Shown: piece after piece, positions 1-13,808 of the stretch
How positions within the stretch are numbered: position 1 is the first letter of the stretch
Layout: each line of letters starts with the position of its first letter
Assembly (NCBI RefSeq): GCF_006345805.1
Contig: NC_043003.1
Location: 112,220,001-112,284,000, forward strand
Direction: 5' to 3'
Length of the DNA: 64,000 nucleotides
From: Octopus sinensis
Taxonomy: Eukaryota
Notes under the pieces: generated by a model
What the model saw: only the letters and a program-made list of their open reading frames with translations
Databases searched by the model: none
Told to the model about the DNA's origin: nothing
Translations under genes and position numbers: made by a program

Positions 1-11
1 GGAAATTACTT

Positions 12-75
12 ATAAAAAGGGATCACAGTGTTATTCCAAATTAGCAAATTATTGATAAAAAGGGATCACAGTGTT
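12..75. repeat. 21-bp direct repeat (two copies)
   Basis: ATAAAAAGGGATCACAGTGTT at 12-32 and 55-75. Confidence 0.8.
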
Positions 76-549
76 GATACTTCACAGTGTACAATTGTGG
101 AACTGAAGGTTGCGTTTAATATAGAGAACTTGTAGGCACTTCATAGATATCTGAAATTTTCAAGTAATCGAATATATACGGAAGAGGCACAGGTCACTCC
201 CAATGGAAGTGATAATAAGTTTTGATCTTGTCATTCCGTTAGATACAAGAATTAATGAAAGAGTGATTAACACCATATGATTTCTTACAATCTAGTACTA
301 ATGGCTTTCGATGTGCTTAGAATAATAATATCAATTTAATATAGTAACTTGTATTCACTAGGAAATCACAGAACTTTCCAGCAGGTTGAATTAACGATAA
401 ATCTAATTTACTACACAGGAAACACCCAAATAAACGTAAGTTAACGATAATCAATTAAATATAGCTTTACTATTTCTACGAGATCAATGGAATTGATTTA
501 ATGGTTATGATGATTAAAAACATGCTTGTACACATCACTATACACACAT

Positions 550-580
<31 letters not shown>

Positions 581-595
581 ATGTATATATATGTG

Positions 596-623
<28 letters not shown>

Positions 624-629
<6 letters not shown>

Positions 630-707
630 TAGGAAAAAGCAACAAGAATGGATTAAAATCTCGGTACGAGATTTTAATCCATTCTTGTTGCTTTTTTCCT
701 ATTTATA
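624..707. repeat. Fold-back inverted repeat, ~40-bp arms, 3-nt loop
   Basis: Arm 624-663 (TATAAATAGG...AAAATCTCG), loop GTA, arm 667-707 is its reverse complement apart from one extra T in a homopolymer; abuts (TA)n. Confidence 0.9.
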
Positions 708-1019
708 ATCACCCCACTTGTCGTATGGTTAACACCATATAGATATCCGGTGCATCCTAGTTAAGGACCATATTCATGTGAATTCTTTAGAATTCACTAG
801 AATCTCAATTACTTAACCGTATATATATATATATACGTGTGTGTGTGTGTGTGTGTGTGTGTGTATTACTGCGTGTATTGCTATGTCTATTGTTAGTTAT
901 TTAATTTGTTTCTTCGAAGAAGGAGTTAGTTTCTAACAAGATTACAAATCTCCATCGATGGAATGTAGATAACGAAATCAATATCACATTTTAAACCTTA
1001 GAAAAACCTTGCATAGTTT

Positions 1020-3333
1020 TACTGTTCCGCTTCCAGGTTGTATTTGTAATGTGCGGATCAGTCAGTTAATTTATTTTTACGAAAATCCAAGCTCATGCAG
1101 ACTGACAGTAAAGCATTTACTTACAAAATCAAGTGCACATAGTATCAGTGGTATAAATGTAAATTTTTAATCGGAAGACGAAAGCTGGAGATTTTGATGC
1201 AGGTGTCTATAGTTATCCTCTTCCTCTTAGATCTTCAAAGAGATATTCACATCGGTAGGACAGCCGACATCTGTGAAGATATATACGTTTCTTGTCTATC
1301 CCAATCAACAATATCCGGCTTGTTAAGTTTACGCTTGACAAATGGTTTGACGGCAATGTTCTGCCAGTATTGCTTGAGCTGATATTTGCGTACCTATTCA
1401 ATAACAGGGATTCTCTATATTTGTTCCAGCACAGTTTTTTTCCCCGGATGTCCGTAAAGCCTAAATTTTTCTAACACATATTTTACGTGCCCTGCTTGTT
1501 AGTCCCGGGTTTGGTTTTTTTAATGAGTATATCATCAAGATATCTAATTACGAATTTACAGTCCGCTAACATTGCATCCAAAATCTGTTGAAAAATTTTC
1601 CGGTGCTACTTTTAAGCCAAATGGTACCCTATTGTACTTACACATCCTTTATTTGTGTTCATTGGTAGGTATTCAGAGCATACATCGTCTACATTAAATT
1701 GTAAGTACGCGCCAGACAGATGCAAGTTAGAAAATACCTTGACCCTGTTTAATTGCACAAGTATGTCCTCTGGAGTAGGCAGTGGAAAATGGCACGTTTT
1801 AACACATTCGTTTATACCACTGGGAAAATCAGCACAAACTCTGATTTTATAATTCTTAACGTACACAGCTGGTGCTGCCCATTGACTATATTCCACTGTT
1901 TTGATAACTTCAGTCTATTCTATTTCTGTAACAGAAAGTTTATCTGATCTAACGTTGCAAAAGGTACCGTTCGTTTCGATTTAAATAACGGTATAGTATT
2001 TTCTTTTACTTGAAATTTCACCTTTGTTTGGTGAACAGACCTAATTCATCAGACAAAGTGCAAGAAATGTATTTTTGATTGTTTTAAAATTCACCTGATG
2101 ACGTATTTGTACTTGCAGGAAACATTTACATTTTTAGAGAAAAGATTCATTCGGAGGTCCCATAAGTTAAATAATTCCATCCAATCTGTTCCAAAGAAAT
2201 TCGACGTATTGTACAACACAAAAACGTAGGCGTATCAATTCGCCCTTAAAATGTAATTTTTTTCCCTGAAACACTACGTGCAGTTTTCGAAGTATCTTTT
2301 AATCTACGTCTCTCGTTTCTTTTTCGATGTATCTGTGTTAATTATCGAGATATCACTGCCCGTATCCAATTGCAACTTTACATTTGTGTTATTAATTTTT
2401 ACATACACAGATTTACTTTGGGGCTTGTTCGTATTTCTTGTAACCGATAACCTGTTTACTTGATTTTTTCTGTTGACCTGTATTTTAGGTTTTTGTTTTA
2501 CAGTGTGATTTTTTATGACCTATTTAACCACATTTAAAACATTTTATATTTTTAAACGGACATTTACTTTTAGATTGTAGGCCACCGCATTCATATATAT
2601 TCTCTTGTTCATATCTGTAACCAGTCGACACGCATGAATTCGAGAGCATTCTTTTGCTTCAATTTTATTTGCGTCATATCTTAGATTTATATCCTCTCTC
2701 ATTCTTATATTACTGCCAGTAGAGTTAATTTTTTGTCATGTTCTGATATTGATAATATCCGAGAACGTATATCTGCATCTTTGCTTGCAGTTAGCTCTTG
2801 AATAAAAATTAGAGAGTTGAAAATGTCCGAGTTAAATTTATTTAAATTGAATTTTTCAAACTTTCTATTAACAAACTCAGTATAGGTGACGAAATCGTCA
2901 TCTTTTTCACCAAATTTAAACATTGACAGCGAGTATTAAACAGGGATCCTCTTTCATTAAAAATTTTCGATAAAAAATTGTCTCATCGAAACAAATATCA
3001 ACAGGATTCTTTGATAGAATGTAACTACTATATTTTTCATGTTCGGCAGAGGATACGTTTCTTAAAAGTAGTCGTACTTTTTTCTCGTCAGACCAATTTT
3101 TACATGCTTCTTTGAAGATTTCTTCGTATCTTCAAAAATATGCCGAGAAGGTAATTCCTTCTATTTATAACTGAGTTCTTCAATTGAGTTTTCTACGCTG
3201 TCTGATAAGTACGAACCTGAAGTATTTTCAGCAACTTTCGGTTTTGTTGTTGCAGTTGTACTTGCTGTTGCAGCAGCTATTATTGTTGCAGCTGTTGATG
3301 CAACGGCACCACGGATGACAATATGTTCTCCAT
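1020..3333 (-). mobile_element. Degenerate Ty3/Gypsy LTR retrotransposon internal region (gag, protease, RT); many stops/frameshifts
   Basis: Minus-strand translation: Q-rich gag start (ATG 3333), gag core ..VNRKFEKF..LIFIQELTA.., Cys knuckle CFKCG*IGHKKSHC (~2500-2560), aspartic protease LDTGSDISII (DTG 2358-2366), RT SQWAAP..KIRVCADF..FPLPTPED (ORF 1612-1896) and FQQILDAML..YLDDILI (YLDD 1531-1542). No LTR or integrase recognised; lower boundary approximate. Confidence 0.9.
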
Positions 3334-4429
3334 GTTAAACAAGTTGGTTTCGTAGCAAATAATTCTAAACGTCTAACGCCAGCTCCGAATAACTTCAAAA
3401 TATTTCATGTAAACAATATTAGAAATGGAAAGAAATGTCGATAAGAAAATTAAAACTAGAACTTCCATGCAAGCAAGTTATTTCATAAAGACAGACAGAC
3501 ATGTAGATAGGTAGGTAGGTAGATACCTATCACCTCACTGCCCTACCACTCCAGCGACTCCAGTCCGACCCCTCCACTTCGCACATCTTCCCTAACCTCA
3601 AAACAGCCCACAATCTACGAGACCACTTCGTCCACAGCTTCTTCCCTAACCTAACTTCCCAACACGGCTCGTTCCCTGTTCCCACCTAGTTGCCACCTCT
3701 CCTCTCTTGTTTTGACACCTGCTTCCCCTCCTCTCCTACCCACCTTCTCCCTTTCACCCTTTCCCTTCATCATCATCCCCTCCCTCATTATTTCCCTACA
3801 TATTTCAACACCACCATCTCTATGCATCCTATCCCACACCCACCCCATCCCTTACACCTCACCCTTGCTTCCCCCACTTTCGCCTCCCCCACACCCCGAA
3901 ACCACCACACCATACCACACACAACATATGTATATATTCCGAAGAAAAAAAGGGAATACAGAGAAAAAAGGAGCTTCAGTCAATAGATAGATCAAGCGAG
4001 TAGAGAAACAGTGAGAGAGAGTAGGATAAATAAGGAAACAGGGAGATGAGGAGAGGGAGTGTTTCACAGCAGGTGCGCATATCATTTTCCTCAGACCCGA
4101 TTTAAATATATTAAAATAGATAGTATCAGATGGCATATGATATTTTCAGCTTCAACTTATTGATTTCAGGTGAGGGCTATTAGCGACTAAAAACAATATG
4201 GCAGCCATGAATCAGCGGGACACCCCGCCTTATCCTGCATCACTTGCCGCCTAACGATTGATTCAGTGAATTATAGGGTTATGCTCGAAAGTGATGTATT
4301 TTTAAAAGATCGTATCAATCACTTCATGGTGATAATTAATAGGTTTTATGAGATAACACACACATACACCCACGCACAGGCAGGCCTACATACGTATGAT
4401 TAGGTCTATATATGTAGATTTCAAACTAT

Positions 4430-4898
<469 letters not shown>

Positions 4899-5259
4899 AA
4901 AATGGTATTGAAATTCCGGCAAGAAAAAAGAACCATAATTATGGAAAATATCATAGTGGAGAACAAAACATCGCCATTAAGGAAGATAGTTATTGAAATG
5001 AACATGTTCAGTTCATATCAGATGGAGAGAATCCTACGTAGGAAGGAATATAGATAATAGTGATCCTTCCCAATAATGATGGTATATCAGCATCATTTTG
5101 ATGTTATGCAAAGGACTACAAGCAGCCAAATTTATGGAGTATTTTATGGAGACCGAAAAATGTTAAGCAATTGTCTGTAGAGGGAACTCTTAATTTGAAC
5201 CGTTAAAACTTTTTATATTTTATACTCCATATTAATTCATATGAAATACAAGTCTATAA

Positions 5260-5292
<33 letters not shown>

Positions 5293-5958
5293 AACATACA
5301 TATACATATTTATATATATATACATATATATATATATGTATATATGTATATAACGGTTGATCCTCTGAATTTCGATACCATATGACAAAGGCTAGAAATT
5401 CTGTCTTCTCTGTAATTCTGAGCTATTTTTCATTATTTTTTTCTAAAAAATACTCTAGTAAACACGGTTATAGAGCGAGCATACAGATGTAAGCATTGGC
5501 AGAAACATGCATTTAGTGCATATAAGTAGTCTCTATCATTATATATAATCTAAACATCAATTTCCTTTATATTTAACATTCACTATTAATATCCTTACTC
5601 TTTCTGTTAGCTACTTATGACGTTATATCGTATAACGTTTTTTTAAACAATATCAATAGCGTTCTGTCTATCGCTATACAAATCCATCATTTTTTGCTAA
5701 AATGTCTTATTGACGAGTTTCGTTTTTTTCACTTTCCTGTGGAGAAGATTGCATTGTTTATACCATTTATTCTTTTGAATAGTATCAATGGAATTTTCGA
5801 AACATGTGTCGAAAGTAAAAATATTTGATTATACCTGCGTTAACTCCATTTATATATATATATATATATATATAAAACGAAGTGAAGATGTAAGGTAAGT
5901 GGAAATACATATGAAAGAAAGTTTGAAAATACAATTTTAAAGATTGCATTTTCAAACC

Positions 5959-6005
<47 letters not shown>

Positions 6006-6318
6006 ATCGTAGAGAAGGTCACTTGTACCAACATGCTAGATGCAGAAATGCCAAAAGATACAAATATTTCTACCACTCTGTTGCACAAGGTGAATGGGAG
6101 GAAAGGAGCAAAACAATTTAGCCTAACTTTAACAGATAAACGCTCTCATGTCGATCGAATTCAGGCTCTGTAATTAATATTCAGCTCTCATTAGTGAGGT
6201 TTGCGATTATTAGCACATGTACGTAAATATAAATACATACATTCACACACTTATATACGAGGCAAGCCAGTTCGCCCATCACCTCATGTACTTTTCAAAT
6301 ACTATTTATCTATGTATG

Positions 6319-6422
<104 letters not shown>

Positions 6423-6800
6423 TATAGAAATAGAAATATGAAATTACTAAGTCTCTCTAAAGGAGATTACGGCAGCGTTAGTGGATATTAATAGTTATCG
6501 CCATACTAATATGGCAGTCTACATATAAGACTAAAGCTGTCGCTGATTAGCTCCAAGAGGCCACCGCCTCTAGCTAGCTATATGACACACGAACCTGCGT
6601 CCATTACAACCTTCGAACATCGTAGGTCAGCCGCTTCTCCTTGTTAGTCAGACATCTGCAGACATGTTTCAGGGTTGTTGCTCTTTATCAATGCAGCGTA
6701 GTCAGAAACAGCATGTGTCGCTACTGACCGTCTGTTCGAGGATTTTATTTATAGATGTACATGTAATATGTACACATATATATACACATATATACATGCA

Positions 6801-6841
6801 CTAGCACTATGACCCGGCAACGACGGGTCTTTAATGCTAGT
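6801..6841 (+). mobile_element. Orphan Helitron-like 3' terminus
   Basis: Hairpin GACCCG-gcaacga-CGGGTC (6811-6829) followed 7 nt later by CTAG|T (6837-6841); same design as 35555-35584. Confidence 0.5.
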
Positions 6842-7015
6842 ATAAGTTATGTACAGATTTTTGTATTTTCAATGTGTGAAAGCTGGCTTTAACAATATTT
6901 TACATTGTCTAATGGCATCAAGTAATATTTATATGTGTTTGACATATTTAAACTGTTGAAATTGCATTTTGCAGGATAATTTAATTGACATTTCACTAAT
7001 TATAGCTTTTCAATT

Positions 7016-7960
7016 ATGGAAGTGTCTAAGGAGCATTTGAGGGATATACTGCTTTGTGAGTTTAAAAGAGGGAACTTCACAGCTGAAAGGACTCGAAATA
7101 TTCACTCAGCTTATGACGAAGTGTGCCTGAATGAAAGAAGTTGCAGAAAATAATTAGTGAAATTCAGAAGTGGAGATTTCAGGCTTCAAGGGGAGGTCAG
7201 AACAGAACGTCCAATTGAGTTTGATGACATGTTCGTTTTGGCAGAACTTGAAAAAGATCATGCAGTTTCAGTCGAAAAATTGGTGTGCTAGATTCATTCA
7301 AGCCATAGAAGCTGTTCACCGCCATCTGTAACAGCTTCGATATGTCCCAGAACTCGGAAAGTGGGTGCCTTATGATTTGTCTTTAGGACACGGCACATCT
7401 CGAGTGGACATCTGCTCCTTTCTTCGATCTCGTGAACTCATCCCGCATTTTTTGGACACACTGGTGATGGAAAATGGGTCTTGTATCAAAATGTTTGTTT
7501 GGTGAATGGGAAATATCCGAAACGTAACTCCATGTGAAAAATATTCTTCTCTTTGTTTGCTGGGATTGCAAAGGGGTCACCCAATTTGAGTTGCTACCAA
7601 CTAATGCAGCAATCAATGCTTGAATCTACTGACAGTAATCAGAGCGTTTGAACGTTGCTTTGGAGAAAAAAACCCTGCTTTTGGGAATCAAAAGAGAAAG
7701 GGTGTTTCATCAGGACCATGCAAGACCCTACACTGCAAAGATCTCGTCACAGAAAACCGAGGAACTTGGCTGGGAGCAAATTGTTCGTTCGCCTTATTCC
7801 CCATCTGTACCGCAGTTGACAGAATCATTCGAACGTTTAATTCTGGAAACAACTGAGGAATTCGAAACTGATCTTTCTGAGTTATTCCCTTCGAAACCGA
7901 AAGAAGTTTTCACGAATAGGATTAAAAAGCTTACGAGTAGATGGAAAGATGTCATAGGTC
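7016..7960 (+). pseudogene. mariner-type transposase remnant
   Basis: MEVSKEHLRDILLCEFKRG..FRSGDF..RP.EFD N-terminus, GKWVPY, TGDGKW (~7460-7478), HQDHARP (~7708-7728), RSPYSP, C-terminal RIKKLTSRWKDVI; frameshifts, stops and deletions; TIRs not resolved. Confidence 0.85.
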
Positions 7961-7988
7961 CGTGGTTCCCAATCTGTGATCCGCACAT

Positions 7989-8050
<62 letters not shown>

Positions 8051-8073
8051 TGTGTGTGTGTTTGTGTGTATGT

Positions 8074-8364
8074 GGAGGCGCAATGGCCCAGTGGTTAGAG
8101 TAGCGGACTCGCGGTCGTAGGGTCGTGGTTTAGATTCCCAGACCGGGCGTTGTGAGTGTTTATTGAGCGATGCTTCGGCAGGGGGTGGTGGCTATCCCTG
8201 CTGTAGTCTTTTGCCACATCTTTCTCTCACGCTTTCTTCTGTTGACCTGCTCGCTTACCCAGCGGGGTGGCGTCATTTGAAGGCTAAAAACAATGCGAAG
8301 CGCATAGTGACCAGCGATGTGTAGCAAAATCTGATTGCTTGGTCGATCACGGTGATCATCACGT

Positions 8365-8368
<4 letters not shown>
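8074..8368 (+). mobile_element. tRNA-derived SINE, family C (tRNA-Arg-like head)
   Basis: GGAGGCGCAATGGCCCAGTGGTTAG A-box, TCG anticodon-like loop (GACTCGCGGTC), degenerate B-box, ends at (TA)n; related pieces at 29176 and 33120. Confidence 0.75.
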
Positions 8369-8407
<39 letters not shown>

Positions 8408-8557
8408 TATGGATAGGTATATAAAAAGGGTTTCGTGAGAAAGCTCATTTAAATAAAAGGGGTTCTCCTTAGTGAAAATTTTCGGAACCACGGCCATAGA
8501 TAATCATAGAAACTATGTGTTTCATTAAAATGTAAGAATCGATCAATTTTTATAGCC

Positions 8558-8985
8558 TCCTTCCCAATCTCATGGTTCCGGATTCAGACCAACTGCATGA
8601 CAACTTGGACAATTGCATTCTAATATACCCTGGAGCCGGCCGAAGCCTTGTAAGTTGATTTGGTAGACGGAAACTGAAAGAAGCCCGTTGTGTATGTATA
8701 TATATTTATGTATGTATGCATGTATGTATGTATGTATGTATGCATGTATGTGTGCATGTATGTATGCGTGTGTGTGTGTGTGTGTGGATTTGTGTGTCAA
8801 CGTCTGCCCTTCACTATCGCTTGACAAACGATGTTGTATTCTTTGCATCCCCGTAGCTTAACGGTGCGGAAAAAGTACTAGGCTTACAAAGAATAAGTCC
8901 TGTGGTCGATTTGTTCGACTAAAGGTGATGGTCCCGCATGGGCGCAGTAAAATGACATGGAAACAAGTAAGAGAATAAAAGAATA
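8558..8985 (+). mobile_element. SINE family A (diverged copy, internal microsatellite)
   Basis: Homologous to 44709-45056, 47467-47941 and 59287-59670 (TTTGGTAGACGGAAACTGAAAGAAGCCCG core, ATCGCTTGACAA, AAGAATAAGTCC tail). Confidence 0.85.
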
Positions 8986-9310
8986 TATATATATATATAT
9001 TTAAAGGTATGCATTTAAGTCTGTTTTTTATTTAATTTTTCATATGTCCTGCCCGCCAAATTTGGTTCTGGTGTTCGCTGAATTCTCCCTCTAGAGAATT
9101 TCCCTTGTAGTTTGATCGTTGATGATCTTTTTCTAGCATTCTGGCCGGCTACCTAGCAGGCCAGCCCTGCCAATATACACATATATTTGAATTTTCTCTG
9201 ACTCCTCAGATTTTTTGAATGCTGGACTACTGGTTTTAAATTGATATTAAAATTAATATTAATTTATCTCCCTCAATTTATATATATATATATATATATA
9301 TACATATATA

Positions 9311-10422
9311 CAGTGGGGGGAAATAAATATTCGTGCATGTCAAAATTCTTTATCTATTTACTTTCTAATGAACATAAATGGGATATACCAATACTATAGT
9401 TCCAAAGACATGCATAAACTAAGAATATGCAAAAGAAACTAATAAATCATACTAACTAAGGTATTCATATATAATTATAAATATTTAAGGGTGAAGAAAG
9501 TATTCGTACAGAATAAATTTATGATTTTCTATGCCACAAAATACTGTTAAAATACTATTTTTTTTTTACTAGATCTTTCTAGTTTGTTCCAATAATCTTA
9601 TCAGTTGTCATTTTTAAGTGTCAAAACGCTAGCTTCTTCATTCAGCACTCAGACACCATAAAGTAGTATCGTAATAATGGTGAAAAGTAAGGCGTCAAGC
9701 TGGCAGAAACGTTAGCACGCCGGGCGAAATGCTTAGCGCTATTTCGCCTGCCGCTACGTCCTGAGTTCAAATTCCGCCGAGGTCGACTTTGCCTTTCATC
9801 CTTTCGGGGTCGATTAAATAAGTACCAGTTACGCACTGGGGTCGATATAATCGACTTAATCCGTTTGTTTGTCCTTGTTTGTTCCTTCTGTGTTTAGCCC
9901 CTTGTGGACAGTAAAGAAATAAATAATGGCGAAAAGTAAATAACTCACAAATTAAGTGAAAAACTTAATTATTGAACAGTGGAAAGTAGGTAAAAGATAC
10001 AGGAAAATATTAGAGACCCTTTGTATTCCATTTTCTACCATATCTTCATTTATTGAATGACATAAAAAATCGGAAACCGTTGAAAACAGAATAAGATCAG
10101 GTGCACCACGCAAGATTTCCCCTAGATCTTTAAGAAAAATGAAATGAAGAATCGGAAAACAACGCAATGATCACCAGAAAGGTGTTGCTAGAAGATTTGT
10201 TAGCTTCAGGGACTAATGTTACACTACGAACAATCTGCAATGAAATTCATAGGAATGAACTGAAGTCAAGCTCTCCTAGAAAAACTCTGCTGTTGACTAA
10301 AAGGCATAGAGATGCCCGTATAGAATTTGTTTATGAACATAAAGATAAATCTGATACATTCTGGGAAAATATTCTATGGACAGACCAGTCGAAAATTGAA
10401 ACAACTCTTACCACCAAGGACC
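9311..10422 (+). mobile_element. 3'-truncated Tc1-like DNA transposon (IR/DR-type left end + transposase N-terminus)
   Basis: TA|CAGTGGGGGGAAATAAATATTCG terminus, inner repeat at 9489-9510; transposase MAKSK..IIEQWKVGK.YRKI..SGAPRKISPR..PRKTLLLTKRHRDARIEF..ILWTDQSKIE, truncated after the first catalytic Asp; split by a SINE at 9691-9921. Confidence 0.85.
9691..9921 (+). mobile_element. SINE family B (tRNA head, Nin-like central domain) with 18-bp TSD
   Basis: GAGTTCAAATTCC B-box, GTCGACTTTGCCTTTCATCC..GGTCGAT core; flanked by AATAATGG(T/C)GAAAAGTAA at 9673-9690 and 9922-9939. Confidence 0.9.
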
Positions 10423-12192
10423 TCATTTTGAATGGATACCATCTGGCACCGAAAGAAGGGTCCAAATTACTGTCAAGTTGAATTTGATTTCCTTGTTAAT
10501 TCCCAGTTCCATAACAGATTGTAAGTTTTAATTTTTGTATTTATGTCTTCTATGATGTTTAACTCACTATTTATAAATGTGTATGTAGATAATACTCAAA
10601 AACGGTTGTAATACATACAGTTATTTCGTTTCTTGATAATATCAGTCAATATAATCGTGTTTCTGTTATATGTCTAAGCTATGTTGGTATACACACACGC
10701 ACTATGTTGTGATAGAAACTGTAAAAAATATAGCGTGGCATATCGAGGTTTGCAAGTATCGCTTATTATTGATAAAAATAAAATAAGAAGTACATGTATA
10801 GTTTATATATCTCAAGAAGTGAAAGCCATGCAGAGTATTTAATAGTGCAAAAAAGATGAAATGGTCGACATACCATTGCATATTCACTGTACTTGAATTA
10901 ATTTATTAATATTCATAAATGGCACGTCTCTGTCGCCTATAATTACTCGCTCGGCTGGTTAGGTTTGTTAAGTATTTAAATATATAACGAAATGTTGCAA
11001 AATAATGGCAGTAATGAATTTAAATATTCAAATAGCTTCAAGTAGGTTAGATATTATTGAATTGTAAGATTTTAGCATCATTCCAAGGTATTCTGGATAT
11101 AAAATAAAGCAAACTGGCTTTTACCAGAAATAAAAATTAGTGGTGTTCACCAAAATATTATTAATAAGTAACATCAGTGTCAGTAGAATCATATTATCCA
11201 TTTCCTTTCAATTCAATACCAGATAATTGCATGATTTAATTAATTCAATACCTTTTCGAAACTTCGAATCTGTTGATATATATATAAAATTGACAGTTAT
11301 CTGCATATGTAAGTAAAGTTAATCTCGTTAAGGAAATAAAATTAACTTGGTTTTGAGTCAAAATTGGTGATCTGCAGAATAATTTGAAAGTAATAATTGA
11401 TATAAATAAAATTATTTTGTAAGTTAGTGATTTCAAAATATCTTTAAATGATCGTTCCTGAGTACAGGATATTTCTGAATGTCTGAAAGTCATTAGCCGG
11501 ACATAAACATTTGTTTGAAATAGTTGCCTAATATGAAAATAGACTGAAAAAAGTCAAAGAAAATATTTTAAATGGTTATCATAACGATATATTTCAATAA
11601 AATACAGTTTGGACTGGGAAAAACATAAGCATATGATATAGTTATTGTTATTGTTTATGATATGATGGCTAGAACGGTTGATGTCGGAGTAGTGATGGTG
11701 ATAAAGTATATCAAAAGGAATTGATCTATATTAAAGGTGATAAATTAAATGATTATTATGCCAATATATATATATCGATACAAATGTCATAGTTTAGACT
11801 GGATATACTGTAAGCAAAAAATATATTCATGTTTTATTGCATAATCCATACAAGTGTAATGTAGTTACCATGTCTTACTAAAGACAATATTTCGAAATCT
11901 CGTAAGACAACCGTTTTTGGGAGTTCGGTTATTTGCATGACCTGTTAATTAGTCAATAACTTCATCAGAAAACCTATGCAATTAATCGGGAATGGATAAA
12001 TGCTGTCTGACAAAAATTGATAAAAGCTACCTGATGGTGGATATAATTTAATAGTAATTACAGCGGTAGCAGTAGCATGACATTATAGGTCGATTATCCA
12101 GAAAAAAAGTTCTTTCTGTGATAATAACCCAAATAGTATGTTTACTGATACCCTCAATTTCACAGCAAGACATACGCAACGTTGTGCATGTA

Positions 12193-13808
12193 CAGTGGCG
12201 GCCAAAATGTTCAGAACGGCCTTATTTTCGTCAGAAAAGTAGATATAATTTTTTATCAAAGTTGTTTTATATACTATAATTTTCACAGACAATAAATACG
12301 ATATTATGTCTTATTGCCTGAGATTTCGGTGTAATTTTAGAGGATAATACAAGAGTTATGGAGGATTTAGTGATTTACTGCAAAACCAATGGCGGCCAAA
12401 ATTATTAGAACGGTTGCTTTTACTCCGTGTTTTAGTATATTTAACCGGCGAACTCTAATGTTTTGAATTTGTTTACGTGACGGTTCATTTACTAAACATT
12501 AGTACGAATATTTGCAGTGTACTTTGTTAATATAATGCCACTTACTCCGTTACCAATTCGTCAGCAGATTATTAAGCTTCGAAGGAAGGATAATTTAAGT
12601 ATTGGATCTATTGCAAAGATTGTTAACAAGCCAATAAGTGTTGTACACGGTATTCTTAAGGTCTACGATGATTGTGGTTCGTGTGAAGCAAGAAAGTTTA
12701 CAGGTAAGCCAAGAAAAACGACCAAGAGAGAAGATCGTGCTATGGTAAAGTTGGTTAAAAAGGACAGATTTAAAACTGCTGCTGCTGTTTCTCGGAAAAT
12801 GAGCATTTTATTGAAGAAAACTTTATCTCGAAAAACTGTGTCTCGTCGTTTAGTTGAACATGACCTACAAGCAAGAGCACCTGCAGTGAAGCCACTGATC
12901 ATCTCCAAAAATAAAAAAAGTGTCGTCTTACCTTTGCAACTGAACATGTGTTGTGGTCTCAAGAAAAATGGCAAATGGTGCATTTCAGTGGTGAATCTAA
13001 GTTTATGTTATTTATGTTATTTCGTAGAAAAGTAGCTGAAAACTTGTCACCTAAATGCCTTAAGACTAGTGTTAAATTCGGTGGAGGAAGTGTCATGGTT
13101 TGGGGGATCATATCTGGAAATGGTGTGGGCCCTTTGGTGCGATTACATGGAAAGGTAAATGCAGGAGTTTATAAACAACTTGTAAAAGATCATGTCTTGC
13201 CTGTGCTGAGAAATTCAACTAAGCGACCACCCATATTCATGCAGGACAATGCCCCATGTCACAAGGCTAAGGTGGTCATGAACTTCCTCAAGGCTGAAAA
13301 GGTTATTGTTATGGATTGGCCTGTTCAAAGCCCAGATCTCAATCCTATTGAAAATGTATGGAATATTATAGGAGAACGTTCGAAAGACAGAAATCCTAAA
13401 ACAACTGAGCGATTATGGAATGTCTTTCAGGAAGAATGGAATAAGATCACCCAGCAAGAAATTGAAAATTTAATTTCCTCATGCAGTCGAAGATGTCAGA
13501 GTGTGATTGAAGCTAAAGGACTTCACGCTAAATATTAAATAATTCCAGTATTCTCTGTCAAATTTTATTATTTTGTTATTTTTTCAACCGTTCTGATCAG
13601 TTTGGCCGCCATGGGTTTTGCAGTAAATCACTAAATCATCCATAACTTTTGTATTATGCTCTCAAATTACACCAAAATCTCAGAAAATAACAATTAATAT
13701 TGTACTTATTGTCTGTGAAAATTATAGAATATAAAACTACTTTGATAAAAACGTATACTTACTTTTCTGAGGAAAACAATGCCGTTCTGAACATTTTGGC
13801 CGCAACTG
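12193..13808 (+). mobile_element. Near full-length Tc1 element (1616 bp, ~225-bp IR/DR TIRs, TA target duplication)
   Basis: TA|CAGTGGCGGCCAAAATGTTCAGAACGG ... CCGTTCTGAACATTTTGGCCGCAACTG|TA; inner DRs near 12389-12414 and ~13589-13613. Confidence 0.95.
12535..13538 (+). pseudogene. Tc1 DD34E transposase, inactivated
   Basis: HTH N-terminus; frameshift near 12915; FSGESKF (first Asp replaced by Gly); short deletion; VKFGGGSVMVWG, FMQDNAPCH, WPVQSPDLNPIENVW; stop at 13538. Confidence 0.92.

Noticed and set aside
3334-3480. Gypsy primer-binding site and 5' LTR (TGGCG on the minus strand near 3375-3379)
   Set aside because: No adjacent ..CA LTR end and no second LTR found
3500-4040. Pyrimidine-rich region giving Pro/His-rich ORFs
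   Set aside because: Low-complexity sequence with no domain signal
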